Shown: one piece after another, positions 12,279 through 25,145 of the stretch
How positions within the stretch are numbered: the first letter of the stretch is position 1
Layout: the number at the start of each line of letters is the position of its first letter
Notes under the pieces: generated by a model
The model's database searches: none
Seen by the model: the letters and a program-made list of their open reading frames with translations, nothing else
Told to the model about the DNA's origin: nothing
NCBI GenBank assembly: GCA_976551045.1
Contig: CDPCPM010000025.1
Location: 4,774,001 to 4,838,000, forward strand
Direction of reading: 5' to 3'
Origin: Glaucostegus cemiculus
Lineage: Eukaryota
Length of the DNA stretch: 64,000 nt
Made by a program: the position numbers and the translations under genes

Positions 12279-12825
12279 AGTAGAGTCATAGAATCATACA
12301 GCATGGAAAGAGGCCCTTTGGCCCAAATCATCCATGTCGACTGTGTTTCCCAAGTGAGTTAGTCCCTTCTGTCTGTGTTTGGCCCATAGACCTCTAAACC
12401 TCTCCTACCCATGTACTGATCTAGATGGCTTTTAAATGTTGCTAATGTGCCCACCTCAACCACTATTTCTGGCAGCTCATTCCAAATATGCACCACCCTT
12501 TGCGTGAAGCAGCTGCCCCTGATGTTCATTTTAAATCTCTCACCTCTGATCTTAAACCTATGCCCTGTTGTTTTTAGCACCCCATCCCTGAGAAAAAGAC
12601 TATATGCTTTCAACTGTCTATGCCCATCATGATCTTATATTCCTCTATTAGGTCACCCCTCAATCTCCAACATTCCAGGGAATAAAATCCTTGTCTATGC
12701 AACTTCTCCTTGTAACTCAGGCTTCCAAGTCCAGGCAACATCCTGTTAAGTAACTTCCTCACTGCTTCTAGTTTAGTAATATCTTTCCTATAACAAGGTG
12801 ACAAGAACTGTACACAATACTCCAA

Positions 12826-15823
12826 TCCACTCCAGGTCTTATGGGTCTGACCCTAAACAATAACTTACCTTGAGGCTCCACTTCAGGACCGAAGAGTCGC
12901 CGCCGCGTATCTCGGAAATGTGGCAAGAAGGCTGGGCTGCAGGCGAGGCTGAAACAACGTGGTTACAAGATACCCCTCCCAGCATACTACTAGCTAATGT
13001 CCAGTCCATTGAGAACAAAGTTGATGAACTAAGGGCAAGACTGACTTACCAAAGAGAAGTGAGGGACTGCTGTGTGCTATGTCTCACCGAAACGTGGCTC
13101 ATACCTGCCTCACCTGACTGTGCTATTCAACCTGCGGGCTTCTCAATTCATCAAATTGAGGTACGGCATCCTCGGGCAAGGTTAAAGGCGGAAGGGGTCT
13201 GCTTCTTGATCAATAACTTATGGTGCTCAGATGGGATGGTCCTGGCGAGCTCCTGCTCACCCAGCCTGGAATATCTAACGGTGAAGTGTCGACCATTCTA
13301 TCTGCCAAGGAAGTTCACTTCAGCTACCCTGATAGCAGTCTACATCCCACCACAGACAGACATGAAGCCTGCACTCAATGAGCTATACTCTGTGCTCAAC
13401 TACTTTGAGACAGGATATCCTAAAGCCCTCTTCATCATCGCAGGTGAATTCAACCAGGCCAACCTCAAGAGTGTGTTACCAAAATACTACCAACACATCT
13501 CCTGCTCCACCAGGGGGGCCAACACCCTAGACCACTGCAATACAACCATCAAAGGTGCCTTCTGAGCCACCCCTCGTCCTCACTTTGGGAAATCAAACCA
13601 CCAGGCTGTGCTCCTTCTCCCTGCATACAAACAGAAACTGAAATGGGAGGACCCGGTACGGAGAGTCGTGCAGTACTGGTCTGAGGAAACAGATGAACTC
13701 CTACATGACTGCTTTGAGAGAGTGGACTGGTCCAAGTTCAAAGACTCAGCTGCCAGCCTTGATGAGTATGCTACCACTATCACAGACTTTATCAGCAAGT
13801 GTGTGGAGACTGTGTACCAAAGAGGACAATACAGGTGTTCCCAAACAGAAAACCATGGCTGAACTGGAAGATTCACTCCCTACTGAAGGGGAGGACTGCT
13901 GCACACAAAGCAGGTCGTCCTGATCTGTACAAGAAATCCAGATATGACCTGTGGAAAGCTATCAGGGATGCCAAGAGACAATACGAACTCAAAATAGAGT
14001 CCCTGACCAGCCGTCAGCTATGGCAGTGCTTACATGCCATAACAGGCTACAAGACAAAGTCGGGCTGCATAGTTAACGACAGTGCATCCCTTCCTGATGA
14101 ACTTAACGCATTCTATGTGTGTTTTGAACAGATGGGAAGTGGATTGTCACCATCCATCCTGACAGCCGCCAGTGTAACTGAACCTATGATCACAGTTGAG
14201 GACATAAGATCAGTCTTCCAGAGAGTGAACACGAGGAAAGCACCTGGTCCAGATGATGTCCCTGGCCGTGTGCTCAGATATGGTGCTGATCAGCTGGCAG
14301 AAGTACTTGCAGACATACTTAATCTCTCCCTGCTTCAATCTCAGGTTTCCACCTGTTTTAAGAAGACCACTATCATCCCGGTACCAAAGAAAAACAAGGT
14401 AACACGCCACAATGACTACCGACCAGTGGCTCTGACATCCACCATCATGAAGTGCTTTGAGAGGCTGGTCATGGCACGCATCAACTCCAGCCTCCCAGAC
14501 AAGCTCGACCCATTGCAATTTGCCTATCGCCGAAACAGGTCTACAGCAGACGCCATCTCCCTGGCCCGACACTGAGCTCTGGAGCATCTGGACAGTAAAG
14601 GCACCTATGTTAGACTATTGTTTATTGACTACAGTGCTGCCTTCAATACAATAATCCCAAGCAAACTTGTCACCAAACTCCGAGACCTAGAAATCAACAC
14701 CTCCCTCTGTAACTGGATCCTTGACTTTCTAACAAACAGATTGCAATCAGTGAGGATAGGCAGCAATCCCTCCGGCACAATTATTCTCAACACTGGTGCC
14801 CCACAAGGCTGCGTCCTCAGCCCTCTACTCTACTTCTTACACACTCATCACTGTGTGGCCAGATTATGCTCTAGCTTCACCTACAAGTTTGCAAATGATA
14901 CCACCGTTGTAGGCCATATTTCAAACAGCGATGAGTCCAAGTACAGGAAGGAGATAGAGAGCTTAGTGGAATGGTATCATGACAACAGCCTTTCCCTCAA
15001 TGTCAAAACAAAAGAGCTGGTCATTGACTTCATGAAAGGGGGTGGTGCACATGCACCTGTTTACATCAATGGTGCTGAGGTCAAAAGGGTTGACAGCTTC
15101 AAGTTCCTGGGAGTGAACATCGTCAACAGCCTGTCCTGGTCAAATCACGTAGATGCCATGGCCAAGAAAGCTCACCAGCACCTCTACTTCCTCAGGAGGT
15201 TAAAGAAATTTGGTTTGTCCCCTTTGACTCTCACCAACTTTTATCGAGGCACCATAGAAAGCATCCTATCTGGATGTATCACAGCTTGGTACGGCAATGG
15301 CTCTGCCCAGGACCGCAAGAAACTGCAGAGAGTTGTGGACACAGCCTAGCACATCATGGACACCAGCCTCCCCTTCTTGGACTCTGTCTTTACCTCTCTC
15401 TGTCTTGGTGTAGCAGCCAGCATAATCAAAGACCCCACCCTCCCGGGACATTCTCTCTTCTCTCCTCTTCCATTGGGTAGAAGATACAGGTGCCTGAGGG
15501 CACATACCACCAGACTTAAGGATAGCTTCTACTCCACTGTGATAAGACTATTGAATGGTTCCCTTATATGATGAGATGGACCCTGACTCACGATCTACCC
15601 TGTTGTGACCTTGCACCTTATTGCACTGCACTTTCTCTGTAACTTTGACACTTTATTCTGTACTGTTAGTGTTTTTACTTGTACTACCTCAATGCACTCT
15701 GTACTAACCCAATGTAACTGCACTGTGTAATGAATTGATCTTTGCGATTGTTATGCAAGACAAGTTTTTCATTGTACCTCAGTACAAGTGACAATAATAA
15801 ACCAATACCAATATCAATACCAA
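12826..15823 (+). mobile_element. Near-full-length Rex1/Babar-clade LINE (APE endonuclease + RT), decayed
   Basis: PSILLANVQSIENK..CLTETWL and GEFNQ..TRGANTLDH (APE); [37 protein letters not shown] and FKFLGV (RT); 3' tail AATAAA + (CCAATA)n. Confidence 0.93.
12870..15349 (+). pseudogene. Rex-Babar endonuclease/reverse transcriptase ORF broken into four pieces
   Basis: ORFs 12870-13565, 13608-13862, 13799-14575 and 14618-15349, separated by stops and frameshifts. Confidence 0.9.
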
Positions 15824-18800
15824 GTCTGGCTTCAACTATGTCTTACGTAATTGCAACATAACTTCCCAACTCCTATGCTCAATGCCCTGACTAATGAAGG
15901 CCTTCTTCACCACTCTTTCTACCTGTGTCACTGCTTTCAGCGAACTATGCACTTGCACTCCTAGGCCCTTCAGTTCCATAACACTCTGCAGTGTCCTACC
16001 ATTCACTGTATAAGTCCTACCCTGGTTTGATCTCCCAAAATGCAATACCTCACATTTATCTGGATTGAAAGCCATTTATCAATCCTCAGCCCACATACCC
16101 AGCTGATTAAGATTCCCCCTGCAATTTTTCATAACTTTCTACATTATCTACAACACCACCTATTTTAGTATCATCCGCAAACTTACTAACCAGAACTCGG
16201 ACATATACATCCAAATAGTTTACGTAAATTGCAAACAACAAAGATCTCAGCACCAGCCCCTGTGGTACATCACTAGACACAGGCCTCCAGTTGGAGAAAC
16301 AACCCTCAACATCATCCTCTGCTTCCTACCACTGAGACAATTATGAATCCAATCTGCTATCTCCCCCTGGATCCCATGTGATTAGGGCCCCGGAAAGGAT
16401 CAAGAAATGATTAAAATATTTCCAATGACAGAATAGAGAATCTAAAACCTAGGAATCTTGAGAAGAGAGTTAGTGGAACACGCACAAAAATCTTGAGTTT
16501 AGAAAGGGTAAATGGAGATCCACATAATGGAAGGATTAGTGACCAGAGATCACTAATCTAACGTGATTGGTGAAAGTCTGAGGAATGGTGTTCTAAATAA
16601 TTTAAGCAGTGAACAAATAGGCACTGGAATGCCACAACTTGAATATCTGATGGATCTAGTTTAATTTGTTGCGTATAAAAAGGTTTTGAATGACTATCTG
16701 AAGGTTAAAAACGTATGGGCCTTTTGGGATAGAACAGTGACAAGGGAGCTGATTGGATTGCTCTATAAAGAGCTGCATAGTTTTAATAGACCAAATGGAC
16801 TCCTAAGCTGTATTATGACATGCTGGCAAACCAGAGTAAGCTCCAGAAACCTAGAGGAAGCAAAAAACAGGATGATCCAGCTCAATAATTTAGTAAAGAA
16901 TAGAGATATTACATTCATCCTTTTTGGAAATTTTAGCAAGTTTACTTCAAATTACACTGGTTAGGTTACTGTTTTGATTTCCACTGAAGTTCTGAACTGT
17001 TTCTTACATTCATTAATGTACTGTGAATAGCTTTTTAGTAAATTATGTATTTCTTGATATGAACAAAACCTTTCAAAGCTGCCCAGTATCTAAAAAAAAA
17101 TGTTCAATTTGAAGGAACTTTCCAAACTGGTGTAATTGAAAAACCTTTGCAATTTCAAACTTTAGGGCATGGTTAGTTTTATGGGTGTTACCAGATTTGA
17201 CTGAAACGATCACGAGTGAAGAGTTTTCCAATAGTAACTTACTTTGGTTTAGAATTCCTGGATCTTTTGCATTAGTTCAGGGGACATAACTATTCTAGGG
17301 AAAGGAATACTTACCCAGAATCAATGTAACATTTCCCTATCAGTGACACAAGCACTTCCTTATTAACATAACCTGACACCTGCTTACACATGCAAAGCAA
17401 ATCAAATACCTTTTGCTAGTTTTCCTGGAAGTCAAGGCAAAATGCAGATTTATGTTTTCATTACTCTGGGATAATGATTATCTGAGGGCTTTCTTGTGTT
17501 AGTGCTTTCTATTTTACACCATCTTGTGGTCTGCCATTGTGTGCATAAGTCCCTCCTTTATTAATAATATGATTTGAATGTGATCTGGCTAAAAGGAAAA
17601 CCAGGCACATCTTACAACATAAGTAATGAAAATATTTAACTAAGCAGCATGTGAATTGTATGCATTAATTTCTGTATCTACAGTCACTCAGGAGACTCAG
17701 TAATATCTATTAACATAGTTTAGTTTACTTAACTTTGTAACTATTTCCATTGAATATTAAATATACAGAACAACAGTTTGGTTCTGTGGATTTAACTTCA
17801 TCATGTGACTGATATCAATTAACTTATGCAAACCGAAAGGTGAGGATATCTTATCTGAATGTTCTTGGTACTCCAGGCTGATCTGTGCCTCGTTCCATTG
17901 GTTAATATCTATGCCACGTACTAATTTTACTTCAGGAATTTTTGTACTGAGCTTGACATGCACAGTGAACTTTAAGCAGCATGATAAGAAAGTTTAAGAT
18001 AGTGTGACTTTTAAATTATTCATTACCTTCCTAAAAGATGAGTGTACAGGATTATGCATTTATACCTTTGTTAACGTACAAGCACCCTCTGCTTCTGACT
18101 TAATGCCAATGCATGAAAGAGCCACACAGTAGGATTTCACCAAACATAACCATTTTATAATCATCTGAAAAGAGAAAAGGGAGACTACGTTGTAAGTGGT
18201 GCCTCTCTCCCACAACTCTAATGGAAAAAGAGAAAAAAATAATGCTGGAAAGAGAATGCATATTTACGAAGTGGAGAAAGTTTTTGTTGAAGGATCACTG
18301 AATATCGTCAAGGGCAATATAAACATTTGAACAGATTGTGTTAGATTTAGCCTGTCCCAGGATTTGCCATTAACTGGATACTACAGTTAAATGGTACTGA
18401 GGCCAGTGAGTGCTCTGCAGAGAAGGCAGCAATGTCGTAGGTGAGTTGTTACATGGTTGCCTGCAAAAGGCCCGCCCACCCATGCTAATGATTGATATGG
18501 CCTGGAAATGCCCCCCAAAGCACCTACAACTTCACTAGCCGAAGAACTGAAGTACTTGAGTCAGTGGATGGCAGTGAAGTTTTTTTGTCAAGGGAGCAGA
18601 GGAAACATTTTACCTGACATCAGGGAATGATATTTGAGTGAGAGTTTCAGATATGGTTCAGCGTCCATGTATTGCCATGATTTTGGTCAGAGAGTGTATG
18701 AAAGACCTACAGTAACACAAACTCAAAGTGTTTTTCAGATATTGGTTTTAAAATTTACCTTGCTATCAGCAGATATATATAAAAAACCCTCAACGCAAAA

Positions 18801-19269
18801 AAAGTCTTTCTGAATGCTGTGGCATCAAGCTGACTATGGAATAGATGTGTCCCAACTTCTGATATACTTTATTCAAGCTCCAACTCTGGACTGAATTGGT
18901 ACTTCAGTGGCAGAGTGCAGTAACACATGTTGAGCACAAGGCCCAATCACTCAAATGCTACAATGAAAGCATCAGCAGTGGCTTGGAGCATATGCAAACA
19001 CAAGTATCCTCTGCATTCTGCATCTCAGCTACTGAAATGTGCATAACCTTGGTTCTGGAGTATAGTTACTGGGTGTTGAACAGGTGCCCATTAGTTCTGA
19101 AAATTAGCTCCATTCCTGCAGGATGTTTGTTGGAGGTGAAGTGCGATATTGTGGCAAGAAAGGTTCAGAAAAATGTTGGGTCAGTGACACCACTTGTTTG
19201 AGACTGGTCTTCAGTAAGATTGAGTAAAGTGCCAGAGGCAATGATGCAGCCTAGTTTGACAGTGGCTGG

Positions 19270-19625
19270 GCTCCCTTATATGGTTCCATGCTCCACCTTC
19301 CTTGCCAATCAGATTTCATCATCTGCAGCCTTTCATTGCCTCCACCTATCATCTCCCAGCCCCTATTGCCATTTCCACCTTTCCCTCCTCTGTCTACCAA
19401 TCACCTCTCCTCACCTCAATCCACCTATCGCTTGCCAGCATTTGCCTCACCCCTTCCCCTCACCTGTTTATATTGTCTATCTCCCTTTTACCCTTTCAGT
19501 CCAGATGAAGGGTCTCAACCCAAAACATAGACTGCCCATTTCCTTCTATGGATACTGCCTGACCCACTGAGTTCCTCCAGCATTTTACTTTGCTTCAGAT
19601 TCCAGCATTTTCAGCATCTTGTATG
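19270..19625 (+). mobile_element. Penelope-like 3' fragment
   Basis: Pyrimidine-rich tract then gatgaagggtctc..gactg..ggatactgcctgacccactgagttcctccagca, as at 38690-39833. Confidence 0.7.
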
Positions 19626-19709
19626 TATTGAGAATAGTTCTGTTGTAGACCCATTGCTTAATATTATGATTTGTGTGCTATTGTGGAACATGTGTAAGCT
19701 GGAGATGAA

Positions 19710-20900
19710 CCTCAGAATCTTGTATGCTTCAATAAGATTACCTTTTATCCATCAATACTTCAATGAGCAGAGATCCAACCTGCTCAACCTTTTGTCATAG
19801 GTCAACTCCTTCATCCCAGGAGTCAACCTAGGAAACAGTGATGTCATAAAATATATCAATATTATGAAAGAGGAGGTATTGGCAGTTTTGAGGCTCAGAA
19901 AGGTGGATAAATCCCTGGGGTCTGACCAAGTGTATCCTAGGAAGTGATGGAAAACAAGGAAAGGAATTGCTGGAGCTCTGGCAGAGATTTTTCTATCTCC
20001 CTTAGCCATGGTTGAGGTACTGGAAAAGTGGAAGGTGACTAATGTTGTGCCTAAGAAGGGCCGCAAAGACAAAGCAGGGAACTACAGGCAGGTAAGACTA
20101 ACATCAGTGGTGAGTAAATTACTGGAGAGGTTTCTAAGAGACAGGATCTATCTGCATTTGGAAAAAAACTGATTAGTGATAGTCAGCATGACTTGAGTAT
20201 GAGAACTAATATCTCACAAATTTAATTGAGTATTTTGAAGAGGTGACCAAGAGGACTGACGAGGACAGGGCAGTAGCTGTTGTCTACATGGACTTTATTC
20301 AGGCTTTTGACAAAGTCCTGCATTGTAGGCTGGTCTGCAAGGTGAGATCACATGGGATCCAGGGTGAGCTAGCCAATTGGATATAAAGTTAGCTTGGTAG
20401 AATAATTAATAACACTTAATAATTTGCTTTTACATTTTTCTTCCAAAGTGTATAATTTCACATTTTCCTACATTATGCTCCATCTGCCAACTTCTTTGCA
20501 GGCTGCTTGTGTGGCCTTCGCAACTTGCTAACCCATCTGTTTTTAATCATCGGCAACTTTGGCTACAGCACACACAGCCCTTTCATCCAAGTCAATAATA
20601 TAGATTTTAAATATTGAGGCCTGATTATAGATCCTTGTGCTCCCCACAAGTTACAGATTGTAAATCCAGAAATTACCCATTTTAACTGACTCTCTGTTTT
20701 CTGTTAGTCACCTACTTCCCTATATACTCTATGCCTATTGCATTCAACTTCCTCTGTTCTCATCCTGTGCAGTAACTGCTAATTTGGCATCCTATCAAAT
20801 ACTCTCTGAAAATCCAAATGCACCACATCTAATGATTCTCTTTCATCTACCATATTTGATAGATCCTCAATGGAGTTTAGCAAATTTTTTAAACATGAGC
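19710..20900. mobile_element. Cluster of CR1 fragments (minus 19710-19830, plus ~19850-20400, minus ~20430-20900)
   Basis: DKSLG.DQVYPR, NYR..LTSVV.KLLE and VYMDF..AFDKV patterns on the plus strand; flanking antisense pieces. Confidence 0.75.
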
Positions 20901-21059
20901 TGAGGTACAAGATCAACTATGGTATTATTGAATGACAGAGCAGGCTTGAGGGCGGAATGGTCCAAATCTGCTCCTATTTCTTATGGTTTTAGTTAGCATT
21001 GAGACTAGAAAGAACACTTTGGATTCAAGGACAACTTCTTATTTCAAGATTTCTTTGTG

Positions 21060-21240
21060 GTTTTGTTTGTAAAATACTCTGATTATCTCTTTGTCTTTGA
21101 TAATCTCTCCTCTGCTCATGGCAAAACAGGATGGACTCTTGAGTGTTTGGGCCAGAGATGGTCTTGACAGTGCTGAGGAATCCAGATGCATTGTGCTTTT
21201 CAGCCAGTTGCTGGACCTTCTGCGCTCTTTCTGTACACCA
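21060..21240 (-). mobile_element. RTE LINE fragment
   Basis: ORF 21025-21288 ..KVQQLAEKHNASGFLSTVKTISGP resembles the RTE linker region. Confidence 0.5.
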
Positions 21241-24200
21241 TCTGTGTTTTGGAAAAGGAATAAAAGGATTAGTTAGTCTTTCATCCATGGTATGGCTGTG
21301 CAGTCACGGTAGCTGTGGATTAGCAAACCAGGGGTGGTGAATTGAAATACCTAGCATAGCAAATTGTTAAAAATAAAGTCCTGCAAGCTGCCAGATTGTT
21401 GTACAGTATAAAGAAAAAGGAAACTAGCTCCCTAATGTCTTTCAGGGAAAATAATCCACCATCCTTATCTGGTCTGCTCTGGGTAAGTGCAGACTTTTCC
21501 TCCAATACCAATACTACTAACTTCCCCTCTAATATCGTAATTAATGAATCTAACCTAAACCCATTCAGATGGGATAAAACTGATCAAAGTTCACAAAGCA
21601 GTACAATTCAATATTCCTTTAATAGTTTATAATACTTGCAAATATTGCACAAAATCTAAGTTATTATTCCCTTTAACAGACCCTTCTTTTAAACTTTAAG
21701 CACCACTTATGTTTTAGCGCTACTTAATGTGATTCTGAACACTATTCAATATACTTTGTGTACAGGTTCTGACAAAATTCCCTTGCAATTTACTAAAGTT
21801 CTCTCTGAAAACTCCTTTTCAATAAAAAATTACCACTGAGACAATTTGACTGATGAAACAATCCCTCTATTCTCTTCCACCACTACAACCCACCACCCTC
21901 ACCCCCTCAATACCCCACCACCAAGGTGACCCTCCCACCCCCAACTCCAATGCTTCCATCCTTGACTTTCCAATTGTACCTTTTTTCTCCTGTTGGTTGT
22001 TGTAAGTCCATGCATTGTTGATTCAATGAATGAGTTCCTTGTAATTGGTGGAACAGTGGTTGCTATGAATCTGTTAAGTTGTAACTTGTGCTGACAGGCT
22101 GACCACAGGAGTACACTGAAAAAAACAGATTAAGTTCCAATATGACACATGTCCTTGGATTAGCGTCATGTCCATCTTGTTTGCATTTCTGTATGAATGA
22201 CTTCTCCTGAATTTTGTTTGGCTTACATCCCCTTCTCATAATCCATTTAAAAATCCCTTTAGCACCTTATGGCATGCTAGGATATGATGCCTGGTTAATT
22301 TTTATGATGTGAAGGCTACTAACTTCCTTTATGCTACAGGTACCCATTACCTTTAATACTGGCCTTTTTTGAGTTAAATTATTCTTGCTGCAGTCCTGGA
22401 AACACTTCTCTCCAATGTCATACCATATAGTTCCATTTTTGATCCTGATAATTAATAAGAATTATGTTTCTGCACTGATAGGAAAAAAAAATGAGATGGA
22501 GTTGCAGAGTGAAATCTGGAAGTCAAACTGACATCTTGTTTTCTCTGATTTCAATTTGACTGAGAGAATAGATTTTGACCTTTGTGTTTTGCATATCCAA
22601 GGTGTGCAATGCTTTTGATGCGTGGCACACTTCTGATGAAATTCTTCTCTATTTACAGGGGCAGCACTGAAGCATAAATTGGAGGCTCCAGGAGGCACTT
22701 ACATTGAATCTCTGAAGGACAGGAGGCCCTGCAACTGATGTGGTGCAGCTCTAGTGTGCAGTCAGGAATAACAAGGACAGATCTTAATTCAGCCTATGCC
22801 TCCCACCAGGTTAGACATGTTCGGAGGTAGGTCAGGAGAATCAATCTGTTAGATCCAGATCTTGGATACAGTGCAGAATGTGTTTTAATGATCATGTGAG
22901 AAGAAGTGAGTAATTTTTTGGATTCACCAGTATCCTGGGTCTTTAAGCACACCCCATCTTTCACTTTGCCTTGTCAAATGTATTTCTCACTTGTACCAAA
23001 CTTTTAGTTTTCTCCACCTGCATGGTTCTGGCTGAACTCAGAGGAAATAGGTTAGAGGAATTACTTACAACATACTGTTGTCTTAAACAATAGAATAGGA
23101 AATTGTTCTCTTCAATTTTAAGTTGGGTATTAAAATCGCTAGTGCACAATGTGACAGCACAATGGACTGGCACATAAAAGATCAATGTATCAGCTTTTAA
23201 ACATTGCCACATACTGTTGGAGCTGCCAAACACTGCCATATATAGTGTTAAGTAAACAAGGGAATGGAAATCAGCTTAAGACTTCTTGATAAATTTTATC
23301 AGAATGTTCATTCCTAATAAATCAAGATGGACATGACGCTAACCCAAGGACATTTGTCATATTGGAATTTAATCTGCTTTTTTCAGAGAACTCTTGTGGT
23401 CTGCCTGTCAACAAATCATTCTTTGGATTTGTAAATCCAGAGGCATTTTCTACTTAATTTAAGTAATCTGTCACAGCTTTTCGATCTAATGTGAAGCCTT
23501 ATTATAAAACACAAGTGAATCACTTGTTGCAGTGTCATTTGTTCTCTGCCCACAGTAGATATAATTCACTGCACAGTTTAGAATTGTGTTGATGAAGTGG
23601 GATCAGCAAGCAAACAATGTGAAATCCTAAATTCTATTGTTGGTTGTGAATGTTCAGTTGATGAATAGCTCAATTTAACCCCACTGTGCATATCAGAAGG
23701 TAAAATATTGAAAAAGATGTATATGGCTGGATGGTTTTGTGGTTGTTTAACACTGCACAGGTAATTTCTTTCCATTATCTAACACTACCATGATGTACCA
23801 TTTGAAATATTTCTCAATGATACTCAGCTACAGATAATAATTAGTTGCTTGTTATGATTTTAGAGAAACATATGCTCTTTTTTTGTTCCAGGCTAAATCT
23901 TTTAAGGGGTGCAGTTGCATGAGCTTTGGCCGCTTGCCAATGCCTCTCTGAGTCAATGGCTTCTCTCATGTGTGAGCCTAATCAGCTAATCAGTATGTAT
24001 TGGGAAGCCATGCAGCAATAAATATATTAGAGCGAGTCTAGCTTGCCTCTTTATTTTGCTTTTATGTATTAGTTCACCTTGCAGGGAATGCAAATTGACA
24101 ATTAGAGCACATCCTGTTCACATTTATCTGACCATTTATTGGGAGATTATACACCCAAACTAACCAGATTAATTACAATCTTGTCAAACCAGCAGGAAGT

Positions 24201-24921
24201 CCATTGAATTGGATTTCCTGATGGTCTCTCTCCTCACCTGATTTTACCCTTTATTGAATTCATAGAAACAAAATCGGATCAGATACAAAATGCGATCTTG
24301 TGAGGTTCTCACACTGGGTTGATTAAATTCAAATAATCCATCTGATAGGCACCACCAGTAGGTGAGGATTCCTATCAGTGATGCAGACTGGTAAAATTTC
24401 CACTGAATCGAGAGCATGTAGAAATCCCTAGCTTTTTCCATACCCTCTATTGCATCAGAGCAACAGGACCAACAGTAGTGGCCCTAAAGCAACCTTAAGT
24501 TTACTTACTATTACAGCATAGAAGGAGGCCATTCAGCCCATCAAGTCCATGTCATTTTCTAGCAGAGCAATCCCATCATTTGCATTTAATTTCCCTCTGT
24601 AGTCCTAAGTTATTCTTTCACATGCCCATCAACTAGATTGATAATTCATTCAGATAAAGGAGTAGAAATATAATTATGTGGTACATGACATTTATGTGCT
24701 ATGCAATTGACTTGAAGAGGAAAATTGATCTCCACTTGCATTTGGAACCTCTGTGTGTACACTTAGGATTGATGTGTCTATGCAAAGAAGCCTCTTTTCA
24801 TGCAGCAGTGATGTCAATTGACATGTGATGCAAGTTTGGCATAGCTGCAAATCAAACACGAGCACATGCTGAAGAAATTGCACTGGATCTTGATTGGAAA
24901 AGCAGGGTATATTGTAAGTTA

Positions 24922-25145
24922 GAGACATAAGAGACTGCAGATTCTGGAATCTGGAGCAACACACAAAAAGAACAAATTTCATAACATATATCAGTGATAA
25001 TAAACCTGATTCTGATTCTGATTCAATGTTTTGGGTTAAGGCCCTTTATCTAGTCCAGATGAAGTGTTCCAATCCAAAATATTGACTGTACATTTTCCTC
25101 CATAGATGCTGCCTGACCCACTGAGTTCCTCTAGCTTTTTGTATA
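24922..25145. mobile_element. Inverted pair of Penelope-like termini with an intervening short LINE tail (AATAAA + (CTGATT)n)
   Basis: agactgcagattctggaatctggagcaac (minus orientation) and tagatgctgcctgacccactgagttcctctagc (plus orientation). Confidence 0.6.

Larger units (their letters stand above)
12280..16382 (-). mobile_element. CR1 LINE (segments 12280-12825 and 15824-16382) split by a Rex-Babar insertion
   Basis: ORFs 15836-16075 (FNPDKCEVLHFG), 12610-12825 (EYCVQF.SP) and 12359-12613 (TGHRFK..WNELP) are collinear across the insertion. Confidence 0.92.

Noticed and set aside
22640-22870. Possible host exon after ttctctatttacag
   Set aside because: No convincing open frame with a matching donor site and no recognisable protein.
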